DNA of 64,000 nucleotides from an uncultured Planctomycetota bacterium (GCA_963823665.1 CAWGMQ010000006.1:384001-448000); one strand, 5' to 3'; shown: positions 50,829 to 63,744, numbered from the stretch's first letter. The notes: generated by a model from the letters alone, not told the origin. Numbers and translations: made by a program.

Positions 50829-53800
50829 TCACGCGGGGCGCCAGTCCGCGTTCAAAAAACGCGTCGATAGCCGCAGGAGCCCGGGCTTCGATGGCCGCAA
50901 CACTGCGCTGGTTGAAACGACAAGCCCCTTCCTCGCCACCGAGGCGGTGAAATTCTTGCCGTTGTTGATTGGTCGTCCTTCAGGATCGGTCAGCAGCGAT
51001 ACGTTGACTTGCAATTGCTCGAACTTCGGCAAAATGTGCTTGCCTCTGGGGAAAAGGATCACACTGTTCGTTGAGGAGATGTAGACCGCCTGAGACAGTG
51101 GCACCCGCTTGTTATAGACGATTCGCGGAACTTTGTGAACTTTGTTTATCTTGCCCGAAAAGACAGTGTATGCCGCAACATTCTGGGCCGCAGAAGTATC
51201 GAGGGCGCCACTGAACTGGACGAAGAGCGCGAAGGTTTTCGATTTATGACCTTTCTTACCAAGTTGGACCTTCCTGACCTGAAATGCCGTGATTGTCACT
51301 GGCGACGTTGTGTTCTCCGTGGTTGAGACGGCGATTGTCGTCGTGGTTCCTGCCGTCGCGTAGTCGGCCGAGTCGGCCGGCTTGAAGAGCACCGACAGCG
51401 TCTGATTCTGGCCTGCGTGCAAGATAGTGCCTGCCGCCGGAGTGTAGACGAACGTGCCCGCCACCGAGGCCGTGGCGTCGAGCTGCGCGGAACTCAGAGG
51501 CGTCGAATCCGTGATGCTTGCGGGCGTGGCCCACGCGAGCGTCGGCGTCGCCTTGTTGACTGTCAGTACGGTCGTTCTGGTCGCAGACATGAAGTCTACG
51601 GTGGCCGGGAAACTGTAGTGGATCGTATAAGGCGACGACGCGACGCCGAACGCGGCAGTGCTGACGCTCGCGGAAAAGTCACCGGTCGCGGTGTCGATGG
51701 GGGCAGTCACGGTGACGCCATTTACGGTGATTGAGACGTCACCGGAGGGGATCGGTGACCCCGACGCATCGATCTGGCCCGATAGTGAGACGTTAGCGGT
51801 GCCGAAGGTGATTGTCGGCGCCGAAAGGGCGTTGGTGAAGGAGGGCCGTGCCTGGCTGACGTTAATCATCACTGACGCAGGAACTGTGCTGTAGTCGGCC
51901 GAATCGGTTGGGGTGAATAGCACCGACAGGGTCTGCCCCTGACCTCCGCCGAGCACCGTTCCTAGAGCCGGCGAATAGGCGAATGTACCTGCCACGGAAG
52001 CCGTCGCGTCGAGCTGTGCCGCCCCGAGAGGTTTGCCATACGTGATGTCAGCGGGCGTTGCCCACGTGACGGTCGGCGCGGCCTGGTTGACCGTGAGTGT
52101 CGTGGTGTTCCTGCCGGCGGCGAAGTTCTCGTCGCCCGCATAACTGTAGGAGACGGTGTAGGGCGAAGCAGCCACGCCGAGCGCGGCCGTGTTGAAGCTC
52201 GCGGAGAAGTCGCCGGTCGTGGTGTCGATCGCGGCTGTCTCAGTGACGCCGTCGAGTGTAATCGCGACATTGCCCGACGGGATGAGCGAGGCCGGGCCGC
52301 CGATTTCGCCCGAGAGCGTGACACCCGCTGTGCCGAAACTGATCGTCGGAGCGGACAGCCCACTCCAGCTTGGCGTCGCCGCTGTCTTTACCATAGCTGT
52401 TACCGACGCTGACTCGGTCGGCTGCGTCTGCGAGCTCACCTGCACGGTCACGGTCCCTTGGCCAAAGCTTGTCAGGCTTGTTTGGAGCAAGATCGCGCCC
52501 GTCGATAACCCGGGCAGTCTGAAGGTCGAGATCGTCTGGGTTGGCGATCCGTCGAGGCCCGTCAATGTGGCCGTCAACGGGCCGGTCGTTCCCGTGATGG
52601 TCGCGGTGTAGGAGTCCTCGCTGTTACCCGTGTTGTTGACCATCACCAGGAACGACGACGAGCCTGGCGTTGGAAGAACCTGGACGCTCGGGTTGAGCCC
52701 AGCCGTGAGTCCCTCGGTCGCCGGGATGCTCAACGTCGCGGTGGCGTCCGCCTGGATGGCAGGATCCGTTTCCGACGTGGCCGATGCAATCAAAGCCAGA
52801 CCGCCTTGGTCGGCGAAATTCACGGCCGACGTGCTGATCGAGACCATCTGTGACGCACCCGGCGCCAGTGTGACTTGGGACTGTCCAAGCGTCGACACTA
52901 ACGCGGCGGGACCGCCGAGGCTGAGGTCAAACGTGTCGCTATTCGAACCCGTGTTGGTTAAGGTCGCGTCGAACGGGCTGCCCGGTGCGTCCGACTGAGG
53001 TGAGATCGCAACGCTCACACCACCCGAGTCAACGGTGAGCGAAGCACTAGCCGTATAGGAAATGGGAGGTAGGCTTGTCGAAGTTGCCGTGATCTGGAAA
53101 GCGTCTGTTCCCGCGGCGGCTCCGAGCTGGGGCGTGAGCGTTAGTGTCACGTCTCGGAAGTTGCTGGCACCGGGCGGAACGTCAATTGTTGTTTGTCCGA
53201 AAGCCGCCGCAATTCCTGAAGGCAAGCCGGCAGTTGAAAGCGTGAATGAATCGTCCGCGCTTCCAGTGTTTGTCAATTCTGCGGTGTACTGAGCTGACGT
53301 GCCCTGTCCGGCCTCTGCGGACGATGGGCTGAGCGTAACTACGATCCCATGAGAATCAACCGCCGGTTGAGAAATCGGTTGCCCTTGAACGATCAGGACA
53401 AGCTGGATGGAGTCACTGACAACGCCATCGGTCACCGATAATGTGAAGTCGTACGCTCCCGGCGTAGCGGTCACGTCTGGCGTAATTGTCAGAGGGATTT
53501 GCGAATACTCGTGGACCAGGCCGATTACCGTGGTCGGTATCGCATCGAGCCACGAACTCGGCAGACCAGCTATTGACAAATTGTATGTATCTGGAGTCGA
53601 GAGGTCCTGATCGATATCGAGGGTGTAATTCGCCGATTGGCCAGGTTGGACGGTTTTGGTCGCCGGGTAGGCGAATACAAACGAATACCGATAGACATCG
53701 AGGAACGTAGCAGGCAAATTCAAAATCCCAGTCGTCCCTTGGCTCACGTAACTAACCGTTCCACCGAGCGTGACAGCATACGCACCAGACGGCACATCCG

Positions 53801-56800
53801 CGCTCAGCTTCGAGTTCCATGTGATCGTCAAGTCGTCAATCCCAGATCCCAGGGATGTGTACCAAGTGATCGTATCGAATCCATTGTTGTGGTCTATTTC
53901 GCTCGGGGCGATGCTGAATGTGGTTGGGTCATACGTAACGTCAGTTCCCGTCGGAAGGTCAACGGAAACGGTTAATGGTACTCCGACGATCTGGCCAATT
54001 TCGTATACAGAGAATCCGTCTTGGCTGGTGACGTAAAGTGAATTTCCAGAAACCGCCATTGCGTTCGTTGGGCTCGATGTGGGAAGAACGCTCGTAATGA
54101 GGTGGTTCGGATCAGTCGCATCGACCATCGTCAACACAGGTTGTCCGTTGAATTGGGTGTCGCTTATGGCATAGCGGTCATCGCCTAAGTCGAGCAGGTC
54201 CGTTTTCGCCGAGCCCGTTGTTTGACCTCGATTGAAGAACTGGTTCTGCGTGACAAGGGTCGATCCGATTATTGTCGGGTCCAACGGATTTGAAATGTTT
54301 AGGAGAGTCGCTGTGAGGGTACCCGAGATCACTTCCGTCGATAAGCCGGAACTGATCGTGTATCCGCCGGTACTACCAATTGCAAGGGCTCGATCGCCGT
54401 CCGTCACAACATCGAGGAGTTGAACAGTGTCTGGAATATCAAGGGTATCGGTCACAGCCATATGCGTCGGATCGGAAGTATTGACAACCAATAATTCTCC
54501 GCTACCGACTTGAGAATTCGAGCCCTTGGATGTCGTGCTTGCGACATACATGGTCTGGCTGTTCACCGCGGTCACGCCATTTTCCAGGTAATCTCCGCCA
54601 TCGGGCTCACCTCGATTGTTGAATAATACGTCGGACAACTTGGGAGCTGAAGGGTCGCTGAAATCGACCGACACAAAGTCGCCGAACTGGTCGTCGAGGA
54701 TAACGCCGACAAAAGTGCTGACGCCATTGAGCGGAAAGAAAACAGTGCTTCCCTGAATGTACATGTCAGAGAAGAAGTGATAATTAATCGGCGTATCGCT
54801 GATCAGGGTCGGGCTGGTCGGACTGGCGATTGAATAAATCAAAAGATTGAAGAAGTTGGAGTTGACGGTGTTCTCAGACGCGACTAGAAGAAGCGTGCCC
54901 GAGATGCGGCAAAGATTCAGGCCGCCTTGGGTGATCACGTCGCTGCCGAATGTGGACAGGACTGTCGGGTTTGCCGGGTCCGTGATATCGACGATGCTTA
55001 TGTCCTTAATCCCGCATACATATGCCAGATTCCCGTCGATTGCGACGCCAGTTTCCAACGCGTCGGTGCCGGTGAATCCACTCAGTGTCAGCGGGGCGGG
55101 AAAAGTTCCCTGCGTGTTGACGGTGAGAGTCGTGTTCTCGTTTTGAGCATATTGGAAATCCGAATCTGCGGGATTCGTATCGGAGATCAAGCTCGCGGTT
55201 ACTGGCGATCCGACGGTGACAGAAGCTTGGCCTGGCACAGTAGAAAGCGGATTCCCGGCGCTGTCGGTTACGACGGCGGTAATGGTGTACGAGCCATCAG
55301 ACAATCCTGTCGTATCGAAAGAGCCAAGATCGACCGTTGCGAGGGCAGTTCCAACGTAGAACGTTTCGGCCACCGGCGTCGACGTAAAAACGACCGCGCC
55401 ACCCGGGGCGGTCACAGTGAAATAAACTTGACCACTAATAGCGTTCGCGATCACATTCAGAACTCGAGCAGTCACATCCACCAGCCCACCGGCCTGCGTG
55501 AATGACGGATTCGGACTCACTGAAGCCACTTGCACAAAGGCGCTCCGCACGGTTAGCGCACCAGGAGCGCTTCGGCCGATTTCCGGCGCGCCCTCGGCCG
55601 TCGCTATTACATTGAAACCGATCGTGCTTTCTTGCGGGTCGGTTTCAGTGACCGTCAATACGGCGCCGTTCTGCCCGCCAAACAATTCCTGGCCAGGCTG
55701 GAGTGTGACGGATGGAAAGTTGAACGCGGCTGTCACGCCATCGGGCAGCCCGAGCACGCTAAAGTCGTAAGTTGTGGGCTCATTACCGGTATTCTTGATG
55801 TCGATTGGATACAGGACCGGATGCTGGGGGAGCGCTTGACCCTGATTGGGATCTAGGACGATTGTGAGGCTGTGAGCGACTTCGTCGGATAACGTCGTGC
55901 CCACTACGCCCAGGTCGTTCGCCAAATTTGAGAGCGCACTGTTGATATCCGGAAGGCTCGTTGCCGCGGCGAGCGCCGCTGCGTCGTTCGCCAGTGTTGG
56001 AATTAACGCAGAAAGGTAGGCATCAGCCGTGAACAAGCCCGAGAGAGCATTGATGGTCGCCACGGCCTGGCTCAAATAGACAGCGCTGGTCGGATTCTCG
56101 ACAAGATTTGTCAGAGCCGTGCTGAGATCATCAAGCCGGGCTGCGATCGCAGTGTATCCGAGCTGTCCGGCTGCGACCCCGGCATCCGCTATTGCGTCGG
56201 CCCCAGGCACGACGACGTTGACGGGGAGTTGCAACGTCGCGGAGAGGCTCGCGTCGCTCGGTCCGTAGCTTGCGGTGATCGTCGTCTGGAGGAAGCTCTC
56301 GAGTGACACCGAGGAATCGGTGGCGATGCCGATGGTTTCGGCGCCGGACTGCCCCTGCTGAAGAGCGAGATCCGCGAGTCCGGAGATCGTCAGTCCGGTT
56401 GACGCGACCGACGAGAGATTAATGTCCTCGGGTACATTTCCTGCGTTCGTAATCGTAAGCAAGCCGTTAGATGAGCCTCCGGGTATGGTATTGATGGAAA
56501 CCGGCGCGCACGTGAGCGTAACCGCATCGATATTGGGGATGGTGAATGTCAGCGTTTGCGCTAGCGTCGTCGGAGGCTTTGACGTGCTCGTCGCAGTGAC
56601 GGTGAACGATACCTGAGTACCAGGAGCGGGTACGGGGCCGCTGCTCGGCACGAGATAAATACCGAGAATGCCGGTCTGCCCGGCGGGAACTGTAACCGAC
56701 GTACCGCTGTCGAGAATTGTGAAGCCGCTCGGTAAGTTCGAAAACGTCAGTTCATCAGTAAGGGGCGTCGGTCCGGTATTTTGGATCGTCGCTTGGAAGG

Positions 56801-59800
56801 CGGTCGGTAGCTGGGCGCCGTTATATGGCACAGTGAGCAGCGGGTCGGGCACGACCGTGAGTTTGCTGCCGGCCGTGGTCGGCTGGACCGCCACGTTGAC
56901 TGTCGTTTGCGCGATCAGGTCGGGGTTTGTGGTTGACTGGACGATGATTTGGATTGGGTATGTGCCAGTCTGCGTTCCCGGTGCCGGCGTTGCCGTGACA
57001 TTGCCGTTCTCATCGGTCGTGACCGTCCAGCCGCTAGGACCCTGGGCCCGAAAGGTGTAGGTATCGGCAAAGCTGGTATCGATGCTGGGGCTGAAGGCTA
57101 TAGGTGTGTTCTGATCTGTGGTGAAGGCGGACGGCGTGACGGCAACCTGGAGGACGTTTCCGGCGTTGCCAGTAAGAGCCACGTCATCCGAACCGCCGCC
57201 ACTCGCCGTCACGGAAATGGTGCCTGAGTAATTATCAAGAGTCGCCTCGTCCTCGGGATCGAGCGGCTTGCCCCCGACGGCCACACTCCCGCTCCCGGGC
57301 GAAACCTGGACGGTGGCCGAATCGGCCGTGATCGAAACCGCGCCTGAGAAACTAGCCGAGGTGCCGGGGCCGCTGCCGGATAATTGCGCGGAGTCCACGT
57401 GGATCGTGTACTTGCCCATGGGGAGGACTTGCCCATTGAGTGTGAGACCATTGGTCGTGAGGACGATCGTGGCACCGCCGGTGACGCTGGCAACATAATT
57501 CGTCCAGTTAGTGCTCACATCGATGGAAGTTGCGGCGGCGTAAACGGAGACGTTCCCTTGCCCCATTGCGCTAATGTTCGGGTTGCCGGAGACCGATGCT
57601 TGCACGCCGACCGTCGAAGTAAGCGCGACGGCGCCCGATCCCAGGGCGTTCCCATTTTGATCTAGCACTTCTGCCCCGCTTGATACCAGAGACGCGACGA
57701 GAAACGTCGTTGAAGCGTTGGACTTCCAGGAGACCGCGATCTGATTTGCCACCGCCACGCTTGTAATCTGCGAGTTGCCGGTCGATTCGCCGGACGCACT
57801 GTTGCTTTGGATCGAAACCGCGGACGACGAAGTGTTTGTCGGATGGTCGGGAAATGGAACATGTGGCACCGAGAGCACCGGCGAGATCGAGGGATCATAT
57901 TCAGCTAGATCAGTAAGGAAATCGCCGATATCTTTTACAATGCTGGCTGCTTCGATATCGAATGGAATCAGAGCAATCGCGGCCACATGCGCCCAGAATG
58001 CAGCTTGCTCCTTCACTGGCTTAAGCTCGATAGGAGTAGGGATCAAGTCGAAAATCGTGTAGGTAATTGTCTCTTCAATCTCAACAACAACTACGTACTC
58101 AATTGCCTCCTGATGCCCGCCATCCTGTGCGACAGCGACCAAGTCACCGGTTGTCGGATTGATCTCCAGCCACGCCGTAGTCGATGCTCCGTTTACGAGC
58201 ACACTCTGAGCTGGCACGATAACGTCCAGTCCGCTCTGCACAGCGCTCACGATTCTCGCCTTCGCTTCGGTAGGTAGGTCCAGATTCTGGAACAGACCGA
58301 TGTTGTCGCTGCTGACGGTGACGAGCGGGATTCCCTCCTGGATCGACTGAAGAAAGACCCCTGCCGCGCTCGAGTTGACACTACTCTGAGTTGTGGGGAA
58401 TGCTTGGCCCTCGAGAATGCTATCCACGAATCCGTGTGAGGCAGCAAAATCGATTGCCGCACTCGGGTTCTGGCCAGGCCAGACGATTGCCTGCATGTGT
58501 TCACGAACCAGGTCGATAGCGACCGAGAGCTTAGCGTCACTCGAGTCACCGGTAACGCCCGTCGTGAGGAGCGTCAGCCGGGGACGGTCGTAGTAGACGG
58601 TCGTTTCTGTGAGAGCGCCGAGATTTCCCGACAAATGGTCCGATGCGGCCGCGAGCTGGGCGAGCTCTGCCCTGGCGAACGCCATGAGCGCCAGATCGCC
58701 GGCTCCCGGGTCAGAATTAGCGATGGCGTTCTCCTCGTTTGCTTCGGCCTGGAGCGGTTGGAAGACGTTCGAGTCTTGGGCGCCGGGAAGGACGTTGAGC
58801 GTGTACGTGTCATAATCATTCAGGATTGGAGCGGCGCTCGTATCCAGTGGAGGAAGTTGAATGGTGGCCGAGGTCATCGCCTGCCGCGTGGCGTATCCAA
58901 TCCGATCTACCAGCATCCGCTGATAGGACTCCGCCGGCCCGACCGGACCGCTGAGCGTCACACTGAGCGTGAGACCCGTCAGGACGGAGCTACCCAGGGG
59001 GAAATCCGTCAGGACTTCCTGGAATTCCGAGCCGTGAATGACCTCATCATGACTGGGATCAGGGAATGCCTCATCGCCGAGGACGATGTAGGGTTCATAG
59101 TTATTCGTCTGCGTTGCGTACGTCAAGCCCACCGTGTTCGAGCTAGCGAAGACCCCGACGGTGATGGGCCGCCCGACCAGGTCGACGTCGTTGAAAGTCT
59201 GATCAAGAACAGTCGTCGTTGCCAGCCCGCCGCCAAATGCCACGGCCGCCACGGCGTAGATCTCGGCGTTCAGACTCACCTCGGTCTTCTCGCGCAGGCT
59301 ATCTGGTACCTCGGTGAACGTCGACTGCACGCTCGCAAATAGGCGCCCCACGGTCGCACCGGGCATGACCGGATCGGCGTTCGCCATGCCGCTACCAGTG
59401 TCGTACTGAAACCAGTAGTGTGATTCGGTCTCAGAAAGGAGTTGCGGATCATTCGCAGGATCGGCGACCTGCGTTCCGGCCGGTATGTAGCCGACCGTCT
59501 GATACGACGCCGGGAACATACTCAAAATGAGCGCTTGGGCGCCGGACTTGGTCAAAGTCCCCTGGGCGTATTGCGCAGGAATACCAGACGCGCGCATCAA
59601 CGCGACACCCAAGCTCGCGACGTCGAGGGCATTACCCGCATTCGACCAAAGAGTTCCGCGCACCCCACGCACCGAGCCCAGATATGAGTTGTATCCGATC
59701 TGCGTGTGCAGGTAATTGAATATGTTCGTTGCGTTGTAGTCGAGTTGGGCCGCCTCATCTTGAATGAAAGGATCGGTCGTGTTCGCGTCGGGAGTCGAAG

Positions 59801-60318
59801 CCAGAAGGCTCGGATCAATCGTGCCGGCTCGCAAAGTGGCCGCGGGGGCGGCGTCGGTTACTTCGCCAGCGTCCAGAATCGCGTACGCCGCGGCACCGGT
59901 ATCAACGGAGCTTGGAATTGTCGCCGGCAGCGAGAGCGTTACCGTGACGCTGTCCCGGTCATAGCCCGCGATGTCCGGCAAACTCCAAGCCAGATTCTGC
60001 CCGCTCTGATCCGGCTGAACCGACGCGCTCAGCAACGAGAACCCCAGTGGCAAGCGTGTCCGTCAACAGCACACCCGTCTCGGTGTCTGACTGTTCGTTG
60101 TAGACCGTTAGTGTTTCCGTGAGTTGGTTATTCTGCACGTCGCCTACCGCATAGGCGGACAGCACCCGCCCCACCGTGATCATCGGCGCGAGCCCAGTAG
60201 TCGCGAGCAACTGCCGGTTCTCGAGAACATCGAAATTCGGGCGCAGCGGATGTCGCCCGCCCGTCGGTCCGTGAGTCCGTTTGCGTAGCGTCCAGAGCCT
60301 CGTGTTGGATCGACTCAT
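50829..60318 (-). CDS. Giant secreted protein: planctomycete extracellular signal, transglutaminase-like domain, Ig-like repeats, LVIVD-like beta-propeller, Big_3/MBG-like repeats; frameshift near 60045
   Basis: ORF 59959..60318 has FDVLENRQLLA. ORF 50829..60053 has GNALDVASLGVALMRASGIPAQY..HYW, (T/N)NTG..D.F.L repeats, VDITDPANP repeats and VNQAAPTVTWATPADITYG repeats. Confidence 0.85.
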
Positions 60319-61308
60319 GACTCATTCCTCAAGTTGTCTGTCATAGAATCGCGAAAGATTCTCACCACTTCGCAATTAGCACGAATCCGAAGGATTAGGT
60401 GTCCCTATCGCCCGGGAGTAGATATCAGCGATTCAGAGAAGCTCTGTAGCACATCCACACAAGAGCAACGGCATCGTGGATCAAGTCGGCTCACAACGCC
60501 GTCGTCGTACTCCAATCGTCATCGACGAGCGCGGCCCCAAAGTCACGACGCGTTACGTGAGGTCGCCGCTTTACCCGTGCTTGCGCGTATGTTGTCGCCG
60601 AACCTACTAACTGCCCTACCATGTCGCAATCGCTGATGCGCAGCGCAAAATCAAGCGAAGCTTTGACTTCATCTGCAGTGAATCGCGGAGCGTTTCACCA
60701 CCTGCTGCAGCTAACAACACGCGTTCGAAGCGGCGTTGGTCGCAGTATTTACGAAACTTTGCGCTTGAATAGGGAGTCGCGCCGCAGCGTCCCAAAGACT
60801 TTAGTCAGGATCATAACACGCCATGATTTCGCGTTCCAAGGATTTATTGTGCATAGAGACCGATGGACCGCCATGACGTTCTCGATGAAGACTGAGGCTC
60901 CGGCTAAGCGCCGCCAGCGCCGCGAATCCCGATTTAAGGCCGTGCGAACCCGAGCGTCGAACCGCTCGCAAATGGCCTTTCCATGTGATGGTGGCGACGA
61001 TGTATCAGTCATATTGAGATATTAGTCGGAATCGCGATTGCTCCATGACGTTTACTCGGTTGCATAGCGACGAAACGCACTCACAACCAGAATTGTGCGA
61101 AGTAAGCCGGCTGGAAGGAGGTTGGCGTTGGCGAGCATCGGGAAAATCTCACCCCGATTTTGGGTGCAATTTGGGTGCAGCATTGGAAACACGAGCCCAA
61201 CGCGGGTACAATGCGAACGAAGCCTGGATGAGGGCCTAAGGCATTAGATCGTTGGGGCTTGCAATGCGAGTGCACTGCAACCTCAACGCGAGCGAAACAG
61301 CGGAATAT

Positions 61309-61332
61309 TAGGTTCGAATCCTAGATCCCCAG
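61309..61332 (+). repeat. attR-like duplicate of the tRNA-Gln 3' end
   Basis: Identical to 47319..47342. Confidence 0.93.
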
Positions 61333-61505
61333 TTCCTCCGCGCCGCGACCGTCCAAACGTGCCTGTCGCTCGCGTTCGGACAACGACCGGCATCCATGAT
61401 CCCAAAAAATCCGTCCGTCCCGCCTGCCAATCTCCCGGGGAAGTTCGTTTTGAAGATTTGACGATGCCCCTTTGCCCGTAAGCATTAAGGGAACGACCCC
61501 ACGCC

Positions 61506-61583
61506 AGTGCAGGTCACGCTTCAGCCTGACGTTCCCGTAGGCCAGGCTCCCGCCTGACGTTTCCGTAGGTCAGGCTTCAGCCC
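61506..61583. repeat. Three tandem GTAG-type REPs (GTAGGTCAGGCTTCAGCCTGAC family)
   Basis: GCAGGTCACGCTTCAGCCTGAC, GTAGGCCAGGCTCCCGCCTGAC, GTAGGTCAGGCTTCAGCC; same family as the 69 bp array. Confidence 0.85.
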
Positions 61584-61800
61584 GCGTCATACCGCTGTCT
61601 ATGCGCCCGCGACGGCGATACCCCCAAGCCGTGCTTTGATCGGCACGACGGTGTACAGAAAAGGGACCGAAGCCCCAAAAATGCCCAATTCTCATAATCC
61701 CACCCGCTAGAAGGACTTACGGGTATCGAGGGCACATCGAGTCTCCGGGAGTTTTCGTCGGTTTCTCGCTCTAACCGTCAGCTAGAACACAGGTTAAGTG

Positions 61801-61931
61801 CGTGTCGATGTCGTGTCGATGTCGTGTCGAGAAGTGACGAAACCGTGTCGATGTCGTGTCGAGAAGTGACGAGACCGTGTCGAGGGCGTGACGAGACCGT
61901 GACGAGAATGGGACGAGAACGGGACGAGAAA
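61801..61931. repeat. Degenerate ~11 bp tandem repeat
   Basis: CGTGTCGATGT / CGTGTCGAGAA / CGTGACGAGAC / GGGACGAGAA units, about 12 copies. Confidence 0.85.
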
Positions 61932-62520
61932 CGCCCGCCGATGGCGAGCTCCACGTGCGGATCGTTGTGCCATCCGACGCCCCAGGCCCGACGCTTTATC
62001 AAGTACGCCACCTATCCGATCACCGTGGCTTTTCGCTCGTCATTTCCAGCCCGAAAAAAGCCGTTCAAACATAGTGAACAACACGGATGCATCATTCGTG
62101 TGTTGTTGCTCGTTCAAAGCAGTTGGAATCATGGTCTCTTCTCCGACGGACTTCGCGCCTTCCAAATAAGTATAAGTGAATGGAACTATATGGGACTATA
62201 TGGGACTCCCGACCCTAAAAAAGTCTCATCTTGCTCGCTGTCATGAACCCCGTCCGATGGCTGGCCGGAACACTGTAGAGCAGCACGGAAATGCTGAGAG
62301 GGAAAGAGGATAACGCAACTAGTCCCCCTCCATAATCCCTCGGCCCAACGGGTGAAAACTCACCCTCCCCGTGGTCAAGACCGTCCCACGCCCGGCCCGG
62401 CCCAAACTCGAGGGCATTTCGCGCCGCACGGTCCCCCTTCCGGCCCGAAAGGCCACAACAACCCAGCCCAACGGCAACGCCTTGGGTTTCCGAGGCATCG
62501 CCCTGGGTGTCCAAAGGTTG

Positions 62521-63516
62521 GGTGCAACCCACCGTCCTCCAGCGGCGTCGGCATTCCTCTTCCGCGGAGCCGCCGGCCCGATCCCGAGGCCCCGGCCGCT
62601 TCGCGCGTCCACGACGCGCGCACCCCACCGCGAATGTTGCGATCGACAATGCCTCAAGGCGATCCAGCTCCAATTGAAAAAAATGTCGATATCCTCGGCC
62701 TTTACCCAGATGATCTACAAACGCCCCGATCCGTGTGCGAAATAGATGTGGAATTCGTCCAGTTCGAGTGAAATTCCTCCGCCCTCCGCCCTCCGCAAGT
62801 GCACTTGTGAAAACGGCTTCTCCACTCCCCCCCACTCGCGGTTCTCCGCCTGGGACGCAGGCGGCTGTATCCCTCCCCCAGCCCGGGCCTGTTAATAGTG
62901 AACAGAACCCGTGGCGCACTGTCGCGCATCGGTGCATCGGGCGCCACGGTGTATTTGAACCGCCAGAATGCTAGCCCCAAGAACTCTGATCCTCCTGTGC
63001 CACCCCGATTTGCGTCTCGCCCTCGAACCGCCGCCGCCCACCTCGAACCGTGGCGCATTGTGGCGCATAATGGCGCATCTGGAGGGTCTCAAGCATTTGT
63101 ACAGTAGTGTAAATCCCACCCGACTGGTGCGTGAGGTGTAAGGCCAGCCGACAGCCGCGGCGAGTCGTAGGGTGGGTGCAACCCACCATCCGGTGCGGGA
63201 GGAGTCCGGGCACACAACAGTGGGGGCGAGTCGTAGGGTGGCTGCAACCCACCGTCCTCCAGCGGCGTCGGCATTCCTCGTCCGCGGAGCCGCCGGCCCG
63301 ACCCCGAGGCCCCGGCCGCTTCGCGCGTCCATGACGCCCGCGCCCCACCGCGAATGTTGCGATCGACAATGCTTCAAGGCGATCGGCCTCCCTTCGACAC
63401 CAAAAGATTGACGGTATTCTTGGCCTCTACCCTAGATGATCTACAAACGCCTCGATCTGTTTGCGCAATAGATGTGGTATTCGTCCATTTCGAGGAAAAT
63501 TCCTCCGCCCTCCGCC
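62521..63516. repeat. ~270 bp direct repeat (62521..62790 and 63241..63516), each copy starting at a GGGTGCAACCCACC-type REP
   Basis: The two copies align base by base at a 720 bp offset until a small indel. GCGAGTCGTAGGGTGGxTGCAACCCACC also occurs at 63160 and 63226. Confidence 0.9.
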
Positions 63517-63526
63517 ATCCCCGCTT

Positions 63527-63744
63527 CTTTGCGCCCTTGCGCCTTTGCGTGAACTCCACTCGGTCTTCGATGTCAGAAGTACGCCTTGCCAATTCATTCC
63601 TTTCTGCGGCGCCCCCCCTTTTTTGCGCCTTTGCACCTTTGCGTGAACTCCTCTTGGTATTCGATTGTCAGAAGTCCGGCTTTGCCGATTCATTCCCTTC
63701 TCCGCGCCCAGCTTCTTTGTGCCCTTGCGCCTTTGCGTGAGCTC
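63527..63744. repeat. Tandem ~94 bp units starting with CTTTGCGCCxTTGCGCCTTTGCGTGA
   Basis: Two full units plus a third head, sharing TTCGAT(T)GTCAGAAGT and ATTCATTCC. Confidence 0.8.

Larger units (their letters stand above)
47319..61332. mobile_element. ~14 kb genomic island integrated at the tRNA-Gln 3' end (no intact integrase seen)
   Basis: 24 bp direct repeat TAGGTTCGAATCCTAGATCCCCAG at 47319..47342 and 61309..61332. The cargo looks AT-richer by eye and consists of accessory-type genes. Confidence 0.85.

Noticed and set aside
60749..61012. Integrase/transposase remnant (SPPSHGKAICERFDARVR loosely resembles the end of an rve core)
   Set aside because: Only a short motif-like resemblance with no DDE or R-H-R-Y residues traceable; cannot be supported without a search.
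61309..61332. Second tRNA gene
   Set aside because: Only most of the T-arm and the 3' acceptor strand are present; it is the att duplicate.
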